From Coniocarpon cinnabarinum (lineage: Eukaryota), in assembly GCA_051942205.1 (NCBI GenBank), contig JAVECO010000208.1:1-37830 (forward strand): 37,830 nucleotides of DNA, read 5' to 3'. The position numbers were made by a program, and so were the translations under genes. The notes beneath the pieces were generated by a model. That model had not been told where the DNA came from, did no database searches, and was given only the letters and a program-made list of their open reading frames with translations. This document shows positions 10,391-20,696 of this stretch, piece after piece. Position 1 is the first letter of the stretch. The number at the start of each line of letters is the position of its first letter.

Positions 10391-11000
10391 CTAAGCAGAA
10401 ACATAATCATAGTAAAGCCGAATTTCTTTACGGTCGCTGCCTTTGGTGACGACGATGTTGCGCGCATACATCCTCTTACCGTCTTTGTCTTGGAAGCCCC
10501 AGATTTGCCTGGCGATCCAACCGTTGTCAACGCTGACCACATACGATTCGATGGCGTCGCCCTTGTCGGTCTCCTCCCGCCAGTTTGACTTGAGGAAAGG
10601 ATCATCCACGTCGGCGACCTTAATGAATCTCGACTTGCCACGGACTTTGCCAAAGACATGGTCGTCGTGATCGCTCTCTTTCCAATCGAGATGCCGAATC
10701 TCCGTAGTGCCCTTAACACCTCCTGTGGCTGTCTGCTCTATGTCGATCTGTACCACGCCGGCTTCGTTGGTGAACTGTTTGATGTGGAGCGTGATCGTAG
10801 CGAGACCTATCGCCTTGCGAGTCATCCAGCCGATGCCTTGCTTGGACATGTCAATCTGCGGTCCTCATGGCAGCGTGTTGCGTAAACATTCTGTATCAAC
10901 TCACAAAAGCTAGCATGGGTTCAGGATTATCAGAAAGTTTCTTGTCCATGATGAAGTCGCCAGTCAGGTTCTGAATTGTCACAGAGTCGGAAGCGGCCAT
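10391..11000 (-). CDS. Conserved fungal protein with predicted lipocalin/calycin-like beta-barrel; complement(join(10391..10840,10905..11000)), 181 aa
   Basis: MAASDSVTIQNLTGDFIMDKKLSDNPEPMLAF|QGIGWMTRKAIGLATITL...GWIARQIWGF...RLYYDY matches a widespread fungal family pattern I recognise. Intron 10841-10904 (GTGAGT...TTGAC...AAG). Confidence 0.85.
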
Positions 11001-11562
11001 CTTGAGTCGTGTATGAATATGATGTGTCCGGAGCAGCTACGAATAGTCAATTGCAGGACGAACAATGTACAAGAAGCTGTGATGTGCAGGGAAGAGGATG
11101 CTGTTCGAAGCGAGAGGAAAGGAGCTGCAAAGCTTTTCAATGTTGCAGAGGATCTGGGGCGCCTGCTCTGCTGACGGTGCAGCAGAGCAGTTGCGAGGCA
11201 TCTTGTCCGCCGTCATCCTCGCAGAGAAAGAGCTGTTGCTGCAACTTGCCGAGGCGATTTGAACGCGACCAATGAGGAAAGGGCGAAGCACGTGCACCGA
11301 CTGGCCGCCACGCCGCCTCCATTTACCGTAGGCGCTTTAGTCTGTTCCTGTCACGCCGTTCGGCATTGGCGTTATATTCCCATAGCTGTGCTTGGAAAAC
11401 CGTGGTCAAGGCCATTGTGCTGCTCGGTCTGCTGAAACTGGTGAAGTGTGGATCTCTGCAGCAGTGGCGTGAATCATGAGGGTGCCACAGCCAGGTGACT
11501 TTTCTCGCGTTGGTGCGCATTGGTTGCAAGCATCTCTTCGAGGCAGGAGTTTGACAGACGTT

Positions 11563-13476
11563 TCATTTCTGTTTTGAGGATACCGGCGAGGTCCCTACAT
11601 TGGTCGTATCCACTACTGGTGTCGAGGGCTCGCTCTTCCGCATCTTCCGTCCAAGCTCTTTGAATCGACCAACAAAGCCGGACTCGTGTCGTCGCGCCTC
11701 TTCACTAGTCCTCTGCTTCTCCAGGAACTCCTTCTCCTTGCGCGCGCTCTCACTCTTATCTTTTGTGCGCTCTTCACGCTCGCGAGCGCTCTCAGGATCC
11801 AGCACCTCCTCAGCTTTGTGCTGCATGTTCGTGAGACCCTCCTTCACCTGCTTCTTCGTCTTCATGTAACCTTCCAGGCCGAGTAGCACTGCATAGCTTC
11901 TCGATATGCTCACTCGGCTCATATCGACCTTAGCTTCATTCATGCTGTGCACAAACGCGCGAAAGTTTCTGGTGGGGGGCCTATAGTGCCCAGACAGCGG
12001 CGAGAGTCTTCGCAATTGACCGTCCTTAACCTTGATCAGTCCAGCAGCTGCGACGCGACTGCCTTGGAGGAACGAAGAATGCTGAAAAGCACCCGATTGC
12101 TTTATCCCGATGTACAGCCGAAACGAAGTGTCCGCAACGAAGATCCACGTATTCTTGCGGGTTGTCTTCTGGAGCAAGTGATTGAGCAGCGCGCCAGCAG
12201 ACACGTATTTGACCTTTTTGATTCCATGCGTCTGCTCGAGTTCCTGATTGACGTAATGTTGGCCTTCGGCGACACTGTCGACAGACTTGCTAGATCCTGA
12301 ATTGGAGCTCAGACTCGAGGTTGGTCGACCCACAGAGGAGGGGCTTCGACGACGTTCGTGATCAACAGCATTTACGCTGTCGGGGTCTTGCTGAGGATGT
12401 CGACGGCCGTGGACAGATTCGCGAAACACTGGTGTCGTGGTATCGCTCGCTGGAACAACGCCTTCCAGGCTGTCCTTGAACTCATACGACGTCGTGATTT
12501 TCTCGTTATTCTTGGCCCAACGAAGTCGGCCCTCACCGTCAACCTTGACAAGATACCTGGCTCGCTCTTCTCGATTCAAATATCGAACTTGATCACGCTC
12601 TAAAACGTCCCGTGAGCAACTCATCACTTCCACCTCCGTCCCATCACCATAGTCAAGCCAGTAGAAGAAGTTTTCGTTCGTATCCGCCTGCTGCCAGACT
12701 GAACGAACGCATTAGCTTGCAGTCCGCGAAAAGCTCTGCAACAGGACCTACCAGCGTGATAGGCTCGCAAATGACTGCCATAACGATGCTTCTCGTCCAC
12801 CATCTCGAGGAAATATTCGAGTCCCATGGTACGGGCATACTCCTCTCGTTTGCTCTTCTCCGCCTTTCGCTTTTGTCGAAAGGATTCTTGTTGAGCTTCT
12901 GACCAGCTGGGGTCCATCTCATCTTCGCTAGCGGTATCGTCATTGTCAGCTCGTCGCGCCACCTGCAAGAGGCGTTTCCATTCGGAGTGCGCAAAAGTCG
13001 AGCGCGTCCCCTCTCTGGCACTTGCTCTGCGGCGTGCATCAGTGGAAAGTGTAGAATTAGGCGAAGTGTGCGCGGCAGCCCTTTCTGCTCGGGGCCGTGG
13101 GGTGTTCAACAGTCTCCATTGGGCTTGACGACAGTCAATGAGAATCTACGTGGATCACTTGCGAGCTCACGAACCTTCATTCACAGCCTTGTTATATCGT
13201 CAGTCGAGAAACTGCATTCGCGGGGTTGCTACGGCTCACATCACTCCAACGCCGAGACACCGCATTGGTGCTCAGACCGGCAAGCTCGCGTCGCTCGCGA
13301 TAGCCGCGATAGTTGCGCTGTATGAGAACAGCAGCCTTTTTGGCTTCATCATTGGTGAGAGGAGGGGGTGAGAGGGGCTGCGGGGCAGGAAAGGACGCAT
13401 CAGACTGCTCTCTGGGCGTGAAATAGACGGAGTCTGAGGTGGAGGGCTCCCGCTCAGGCAGCGGCCGTGCGCGCAT
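11563..13476 (-). CDS. IQ calmodulin-binding motif protein (IQM-like); complement(join(11563..12698,12752..13123,13175..13187,13240..13476)), 585 aa
   Basis: IQ motif AAVLIQRNYRGYRERR. YFLEMVDEKHRYGSHL, FFYWLDYGDG, WIFVADTS, FQHSSFL and SPLSGHYRP motifs typical of IQM proteins. Three GT-AG introns keep the frame. Confidence 0.9.
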
Positions 13477-14899
13477 GAGGATCAGCAGGGAGCGGGAAAG
13501 AATGATATAGGAGTAGCATGGTGTTGCGCTGGTGAAGGGGCGTCGACAGTGTGCTGGACGAGATACATTCAAGACCGGGGCAGCTGCCCCGTGAGTCGTG
13601 GCCTCCAGCCAGGCTGACGCGTGCCCGGACTCGGTGAGCACGTGACACTACGGGGCTGCAGCGGCTCATGCTCAGGGGCGGTTTCCGCTTTTGCACTGCT
13701 CCACCTCTAGGGACGCTCATTGATCGGTACGTATCCTTGTGAACGCACATGCTCGGTGCTTCCTGCGATATGCGTGCCCGTCGTTTGGTACCTGCGGCGT
13801 GATGACCATATGAGTGCAGCGCTTTCCACCGGCATTCTAGTGGACGGGCAGGGTGTGAAGCATGACAGAACAATGGGCCATGGTTCGGCAATATGTCTAG
13901 ACTGTCGACTTGGCAGAATTGAAAAAGATGAGTTTTGAAAAGCTTGTGTCTCTTTCTGGAAATGCCCCTGCATGACATCCGTTCATCAACCGGTCCGGAA
14001 CACCATGTCGACGTCTAACAGAATATGTCCGTCGTCTATGTCCCAGCAACCCTGCCTGTACATTCAAAAAGTGCAGCAAGGAGACTTTCTCCCATGCTTG
14101 TATCAAAAAGCGGCTGTTCAACAACTCTGGCATGTCGGAAATTGATTACAGGTCTTTCAATCTGTATGAGTGTCAGCCTGGCAAATGAAAGGGTCATTGG
14201 GAGATTTGTGCACTGATAATACTCATCTTACCAGGAGTTGGCGAGTGTAGCGCCAGGTATCGTTTGCTAGACAAGCCAACGCCGAATCAAACGCCTGCAT
14301 CGGCCACAGGCTGAAGTCGCTACCGTAACTGTCCAAGTGTTGCGGTTCGCCAGCATGGAGAAAAGTAGCCAGCAAGAAGGAACTTAGGATCTTAGAGCTG
14401 TTGCCATGCCGCTAAGCTACCTGTTCGGCTTACAAAGCAATGCAAAGACCTGCAGAATTTGCTCACTTTGTGCTCTTACTGTTTCAATTTTAGTCGTTAC
14501 TACATCTTCACAACGGCCTGGTGTACGTTGCTGCGACGCTGAACGAAAATCATTGCAGCATTGCAGCATTATTTCAATATTTTATTCACGTTACGTGCAG
14601 ACCTCGAGAGAAATGTGCGGAGTACAATTATGATTACGTCCTCGGGACTGATTCGGCTGAGCCTTGCTCTTAAGGTCTCTAACCTTCTCAGAGACCGAAC
14701 CAGCAACCAGAACGATGGTTACATAACACGACCATTGCCCAAATTCCCCCAAAACCAACAATACTAAGCATTAGTCCTCATTGAAAGCATCATCTTGTGC
14801 CTCTGGGGTCTTAGCTTTGCTCTAGCTTGGCGTCGATGCTGATATGTTCTAGCAACGAAGATGCGTCAGCCTGCCGCGACGATGAATCCATGACCTAAG

Positions 14900-16376
14900 C
14901 TAGACACCAGCTGCAAATGCAGTTCCACCAGCATGCGTGTCAACTTGCATGAGTTCTTCGAGTCCACACACTTCAAACAGCTTTCTGGGTGTAACAAATT
15001 TTGGAGCGCCCAGCTGTCCAGTGAGTTTCAAGGTTTCGAGCGTCGCTTTAATGCCCAAGTACGCTGGGGTCAACTGATTTCTGGAGTCAGCCGCCGATAC
15101 AAGAAGATTGACAAAATGTGATGTTGGTTACTGACGCTTGCAAAACTGAAAATCATGATCCTAAATCCCATTTCGCGAGCCTCGTCTACTGTGATGAGAG
15201 GACTAGCTCCGTTCTCGACACTGTTCATTAGCAGTGGCCACGGCGCCAGTTCCTTGGCGCAACGCGCGGCCATATCCCTGCTCGAGAAGCCCTCCAGCAA
15301 ACCGACGTCCGCTCCAAGGTCTCGTGCAACCTTGAGTCTTTCCATGCATTCATCATAACCAAGAGCCTGGAGGGCGTCAGTCCGAGCGATGAGAACGATG
15401 TCGCTATTCGCGCGTTCTTTGGCTGCTTTAGCAGCTCGAATGCGCGAGTAGTATTCTTCACGTGGTACAACTTGTTTTCCTTTAAGATGTCCACAGCGCT
15501 TTTGAATCAGCTGATCCTCAATATGAAACCCCGCCACTCCTGCGCGGACATACTCTCTGACGGCACGGTCAATCATCATGGGGCCCTATTCTCAAAGGTT
15601 AAAAATGAAATTGACGAAACGTGCTGTTGATCTCTCACTCCATAGCCGCCATCCATATCAGCAATCACGGGTGCACCCCAAGGGACCAAGTTGCAAATCA
15701 TTTCTGCTTGAGCACGCATGTCGTGTAGCGATGCAAGGCCAAGGTCAGCCATGCCCAGCCGAGAACATGAGGTCCCTGCGCCAGTCTGCAGCAACATGAT
15801 TAGCGACAGTGTTCTGCATAGCAGACATCCGTTTCGCACCATATACAACGCGTCAAAACCAACTTCGAGCGCAGTCCGTGCAGAAAGCCCATCATACACG
15901 CCTGGACAGACAATGAGCTTTGTTGTATCTTTGAGCATATTTTGAAGCCTAGTGGAAGCGGGCAAGTAGGTAGGAAAGGCAGCCTTAGGAGCATGCTCGC
16001 GCGCTAGAGCTTCGGACATGTCGGGCTTCAAGCAAGAGGTTTGATCGACGGCTGGCTGGAGGTATTCTGGCTCGGCAACAGTGTCCACCATCTCAGGAGT
16101 CTTGATGCCAGAATGTTGGAGTCCGAGTACTTTCTCAACTTGCAGATCAGCATATGAAGCTGGTTGAACCTCCTGGATAGTAGCAACCACAGCACTGCCT
16201 TTATCGTCTACTTTTGACGCTAATGTATCTAATGTATCAGACTTCTTCGAGTTCTCGATGACAGTGCACATGACGCCACGAGCCTTGGCGCCTTCCATCT
16301 TGACCCCATCAATGGGGCTCAACGTCATCCATGTAGGGGTCAGAGGAGGCGTGGATTCAACAGGGATAGTAGCCAT
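14900..16376 (-). CDS. oahA: Oxaloacetate acetylhydrolase (isocitrate lyase/PEP mutase superfamily); complement(join(14900..15073,15136..15585,15639..15785,15840..16376)), up to 435 aa
   Basis: CPGVYDGLSAR, YM|TGAGT..SRLGMADLG, IEDQ...KRCGHL.GK, IARTDA and RIMIFSFA motifs. The Ser in IFSFA distinguishes OAH from 2,3-dimethylmalate lyase-type paralogs. C-terminus LFEVCGL...AGG..FA.GV. The exact start codon is uncertain. Confidence 0.88.
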
Positions 16377-16401
16377 CTTCGGAGGAGTCTGCGAAGTGGT
16401 A

Positions 16402-18908
16402 GCCAAGGTCGTGACAGGTCAAAATTTCTCTCGTAGAAGTTATAGGCTTGGAATCACTCCGAATGCCATGCTCTGCACAGGGAGGCTTCTCTTATATGTT
16501 TGAAAAAAAAAACACCTCAAGCAACTAAGCATGGATCAAAGGGTGAGGGGGTGTGAAGCGTGATGTTCACCGACCTTCGATCTGAAAGCGGCGCATGATC
16601 GCCGACTCGATTTCCAGAACGGATTCTCGAAAGCCCCGGACGCCTCAACGCAGCTGCAGATCAAGCAACGGCTTTGTTGAGATGCAACGCACTAGCACAC
16701 TTGAAGCGGTCTCATCAAGATCGAGCTGGCAGCCAAGAATTTGGTACCATATCATAGCACCTCAGATGCTGCCATCAAGCCAAGACTTTAGTGGATCTGC
16801 ATCATATCCTCTTGGGAGACTGGGCTTGCTGACGGGGTTTGGTCACGAGCTCGATGCATATGCGCAATGCAGATGTTCAAGGACTCTACAACTCAGGGCA
16901 GTTTCTTCTTTGTGGTGACATCTTCTCAACTACAGGGCAAACCTTGTCAATTCTCACACCACCGCTTCAAGTTCCTCCTATTCACCTCCTTTGGATATTG
17001 CAAGCGACAAGCCCGCAATTTCCACCACGAGCACATCCCTCTCGACCGTGCCTAGTCAACATTCCACTCAATCTGATTCAAAGTCTTGATGCATTCTGGT
17101 GATGCGTTCTCCTCAATTTAGCAAACCATACGGGCGAGCGATCAAGATTGCAATGCGAGAATCGGCACAATTTCTCTCTACCAAATCGATGGTTCACATC
17201 CATGCAGTAGCTTGCTGTAAGTACCGACTCCATGCCCTTTATCACGGCGGATTATGATTTCTAGCCACCACAAGTCAGGCGCGAGTGGCTCTGAGACAAG
17301 ACCTTGAAGTGCACCCATGAGAACGCTAGAGCGAGCCACTCAGCCTTCACATGCATGGAAATGACCTTTGAAGGATCAATGCCGATGCAACAAACTATTT
17401 TAGAGGGTGTGGATTGGCTGAGTGCCGATCTGCATGACAAATGAAATAGAGTATCATGCAATTCACTATCATTCCTACGACCGGGCGATGGCATGCAATG
17501 GCCCTCGGCGCCTGAACTAAGGATCGCACAGACTGCAAGAGCAAAGAATATGTAAGACATTGGCGCCAAGAAGAGTAATATCGAGGTCGCCGGACATGAC
17601 CTTGCGCTTCACATCAGTCACGTGAAAATCTCAGTATTTCACTACAAGGTACTTACGCCTAGATGATGAGGCTAGAACGCGTTTCTGCAAGACATAGGGC
17701 ACTCTTAAAATTTCCGTGTAGTCTTTCGGGCAAAACAACGTGTCTTGAGCGCTGGGATTCCGAGATCGGATCATGCAGCGCGCAAGTAAGTTACGACTCG
17801 TCACAAAGTCGATGACGCCCAGAAGAAACTACATAGAGAATAGCTCATCGCTCTCGCGACAACACTCTTGCGCGACGCGGGTCAGCATCCTGCATTCGAA
17901 CAGCACGTCCCCAGCTCATGACTCAATTGCAGAACCTCCTGCCTCGACCACCGCTCCAATCCGGAGATGCCATTCAATATGAGGCAATGGCTTGGCTATT
18001 GCATTGATAAACGGAATCGAGCTCCCCAGTGCTGCTCAGGTCGTCTCGACAGCAGAAGACCACGGGGAAGGAAGAGGTCCGTTCACAGGTTTGACCTCGT
18101 CCCCGAAGCCATGTCAGTCACCCGACGCAGTACCATAATCCGGCCATGTCTTGTATCGGGCTGACACAGGATCCTTATCCATACTTCGCACCAGCTTGGC
18201 AATGATCTGCTTCTTGGCACATCAACAGTCAGGCGGTCCGTCGTCATGCATGTTGCGTGCAGCCTGCTCGTAATCGTTGACCTATATTCCACTGGTGTCA
18301 GCAGCAAGGACCCGCTAACGGAAGAACAATGCGACCACGAAATCAGTGGCTGGCGATATGCACGTGCTTCTGAGCCCCTGTTGGCTCTTGGCCCTGCAAG
18401 CATGGGTTGCACATGCGAGTGTTTGGTACGCGGAGTACCGGACGACGGCCATCCTACCCCGGTAGATCCCAAGGTGTCTGAAAGCCAAGCAGGACCCACA
18501 TTTGACTTGGCACGTTTATCGCCGTTCTGGCAGATAGCTTCAGCGTGGACCTCCCTTGCATTTTCTCCACCCTCTGGGCGGCCTTCGCAACATAGCCACG
18601 GGCTTACTTTACATTGGTCGGCACGCTCCGACTGAGGACTCTTGGACTCGCTGGGGTCTCTGAATGGGGAGCAACTCCATGTCTCGTTCTCTCAACGTTT
18701 GTTCTTCTAACACACTCCTGCGGTCATCTTGAGCTCCACTCACCTTGGCATTGCTCCTTGGCAGCAACGTCCGCTGCATTGGCCTAGACGAATAGGTCTT
18801 GTCAATCGCAAGGCATCATCCCACCTTCTGGGCGTCTGCTCAGAGGCTGGACCCACTCCTGTGCGTTGTCCGCATGCCCGTGGAGAGGGAGATGAAAATG
18901 CAGCCAGG
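16402..18908. promoter_or_regulatory. Cluster of 13 PacC/Rim101 consensus sites (GCCARG) in the divergent oah-DUF1275 promoter
   Basis: GCCARG or its complement at 16402, 16732, 16779, 17565, 17991, 18195, 18213, 18387, 18484, 18506, 18744, 18757 and 18903. Confidence 0.65.
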
Positions 18909-19091
18909 TCCAGCTAATCCCGCGGTGACATTATCAAGCGGCAGTGATTCGCTTCGAATGTCTACTCGATAATCTTGAGCTGGCTCTCGTCTTTTAGTGA
19001 AGTCGGTATGATCCTCTCGTCGTGAAATCTGAGTTCTTGAGAACGTACCTCATCACTACTCAGAGCTCAAGGCCTGCTCTCACGCTGGGCA

Positions 19092-20092
19092 ATGGCCGCG
19101 TCCAATAATGCCGACAAGGACCCTACATTGCAAAAAGAGAAGAATACTGACGTGGGGAGATCGGAAGTTACACCGTCAACCCCTCCTTACACGCCAAGAG
19201 ACCTTGAGTCTAGGAAGAGCAAGCGAGTGTCAACATGGATGTTTGATCAGGTGGATACAAAGCATGGAGATCTGCTCCTATTTGCCTGCTGTTTTGTGCA
19301 AGGGCTCTTAGACTGCACTGCGTGAGTTTCAACTCCTCATGATGTCTGTGATGGGGAGACCATGGCTAATTAAGGTCCAGGTTCAAGAATTGGGCTGTTT
19401 TCATTGGCATGCAGACCGGTAACACTGTCATCCTCTGTCTCAGCACCGCGGATCTCCCCCAGGGCCAGGTACAATCTCTTCTGAACCGTCTCCTCGCGCA
19501 GACATCGTTCTAACGTTGCGCTCCGCAGCCGTGGGCTTTCGGCACCACTCTCATCAGCATTGCGTCTTTCATCGTCGGCGTCTTCACCACGACGCGCCTC
19601 TGCGTCCGTTTTAGTCCGTCACGCCGCCTTACTTTGGCCCTCAATGTCCTGGCGCAAACCCTTCTCATCTTCGTCACGGCGGCTCTCGTCACGGCCGAGA
19701 CCCCGTTCATCCCCACCGACGCCGACGAGGACCCGCATGCGCTGCTCACCAACTCGCAAATCATGGCGGGCATCGCGCCCCTCGCGTTTCAATCCGGCAT
19801 GACCATTGCCACATCGCGCATGATGGGCCTCGGTAATGAGATTCCAGTGACGGTGTACACGAGCACGTATGCGGCGTTGGCAGGAGACCCCAAGCTGTTT
19901 GAATGGCCGTTGGGCAAGAACAAACCACGCAATCGAAGACTCGGGGCGGTCGTGTCCGTCTTTGGCGGGGCCCTCGTGGCAACGTGGGTCGAGCATAGGA
20001 GTATAGGCATGCTGGCTATCCTGTGGATGGCGGCTGGCATCAAGGCTTGTCTGGCAGTGACGGTGCTCATAGCGCTGCCACGTAAGAGATGA
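19092..20092 (+). CDS. DUF1275/YoaK-family polytopic membrane protein; join(19092..19321,19381..19468,19529..20092), 293 aa
   Basis: GLLD..AF...FIGMQTGNT signature across introns 19322-19380 and 19469-19528. LAFQSG, IPVTVYTSTY...DPKLF and RNRRLG..V..FGGA motifs. Several hydrophobic helices. Confidence 0.88.
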
Positions 20093-20282
20093 GCATGATC
20101 ACTGAAGACGACGATGCGGATCGTCAACCCTTCTGAAGACTGTGACAAACTTACAAGAAGAATAGTAAAGGAATAGAATATTGATTCACTATCCACGATT
20201 CGATCGCAAGACCATGTTGACGTGGCGACGTAGTGTCATCCAATGACAAATAGACCTGGGTGGGACAGCATTTATAGACCGG

Positions 20283-20696
20283 CTAGACTCGGACTAATTG
20301 AACACCTACACTCTTTGGTGATCCTTTCATTAGACATATGCTTGTGAACATACCACAACAGACAAGCCTTCAGAGACATTCTTCCATTTACTCACAACTT
20401 AACACGAGCCTTCGGATAGCTCAATCTCGTACCGAGAAATTATTATAGGTCTGGGACCTATCGCCCATTATAAATCGTAGACAAATCTCTAAGCCACCAT
20501 ACTAGTACCGCAGCGCTTTGAGCACAAGAAGACATCAACAGGAAAGCATTCGTAGGCTCTCGTAGATCCTAGACTCAGACGGATTCAACACCTATGCTCT
20601 TTTATGATGGCGTCGACAACCTATCGATAGACTTGCCTCAACAAACATACTTCAGTCGACATGCCTCAATCGCCTTACCTCAATAAACGTACTTCA
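20283..20696. repeat. Degenerate short direct repeats
   Basis: A 40-nt pair at 20283-20322 and 20569-20608 (32/40 identical). A 23-nt pair at 20632-20654 and 20674-20696 (20/23 identical, all three differences are transitions). Confidence 0.6.

Noticed and set aside
10193..10588. Hydrophobic 131-aa plus-strand ORF resembling a membrane protein
   Set aside because: Its hydrophobicity is the antisense image of the charged His/Lys/Glu frame and the lipocalin-like CDS on the minus strand.
15786..15839. Apparent 18-aa insertion (VRNGCLL...LLQ) in the OAH
   Set aside because: It is a 54-nt in-frame intron (GTGCGA...GCTAAT...CAG). Removing it restores the conserved YMTGAG.
17261..17569. 102-aa minus ORF with a signal-peptide-like start in the oah/DUF1275 intergenic region
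   Set aside because: It begins at TTG in the track, shows no recognisable homology and lies within the regulatory region. There is too little support to call it.
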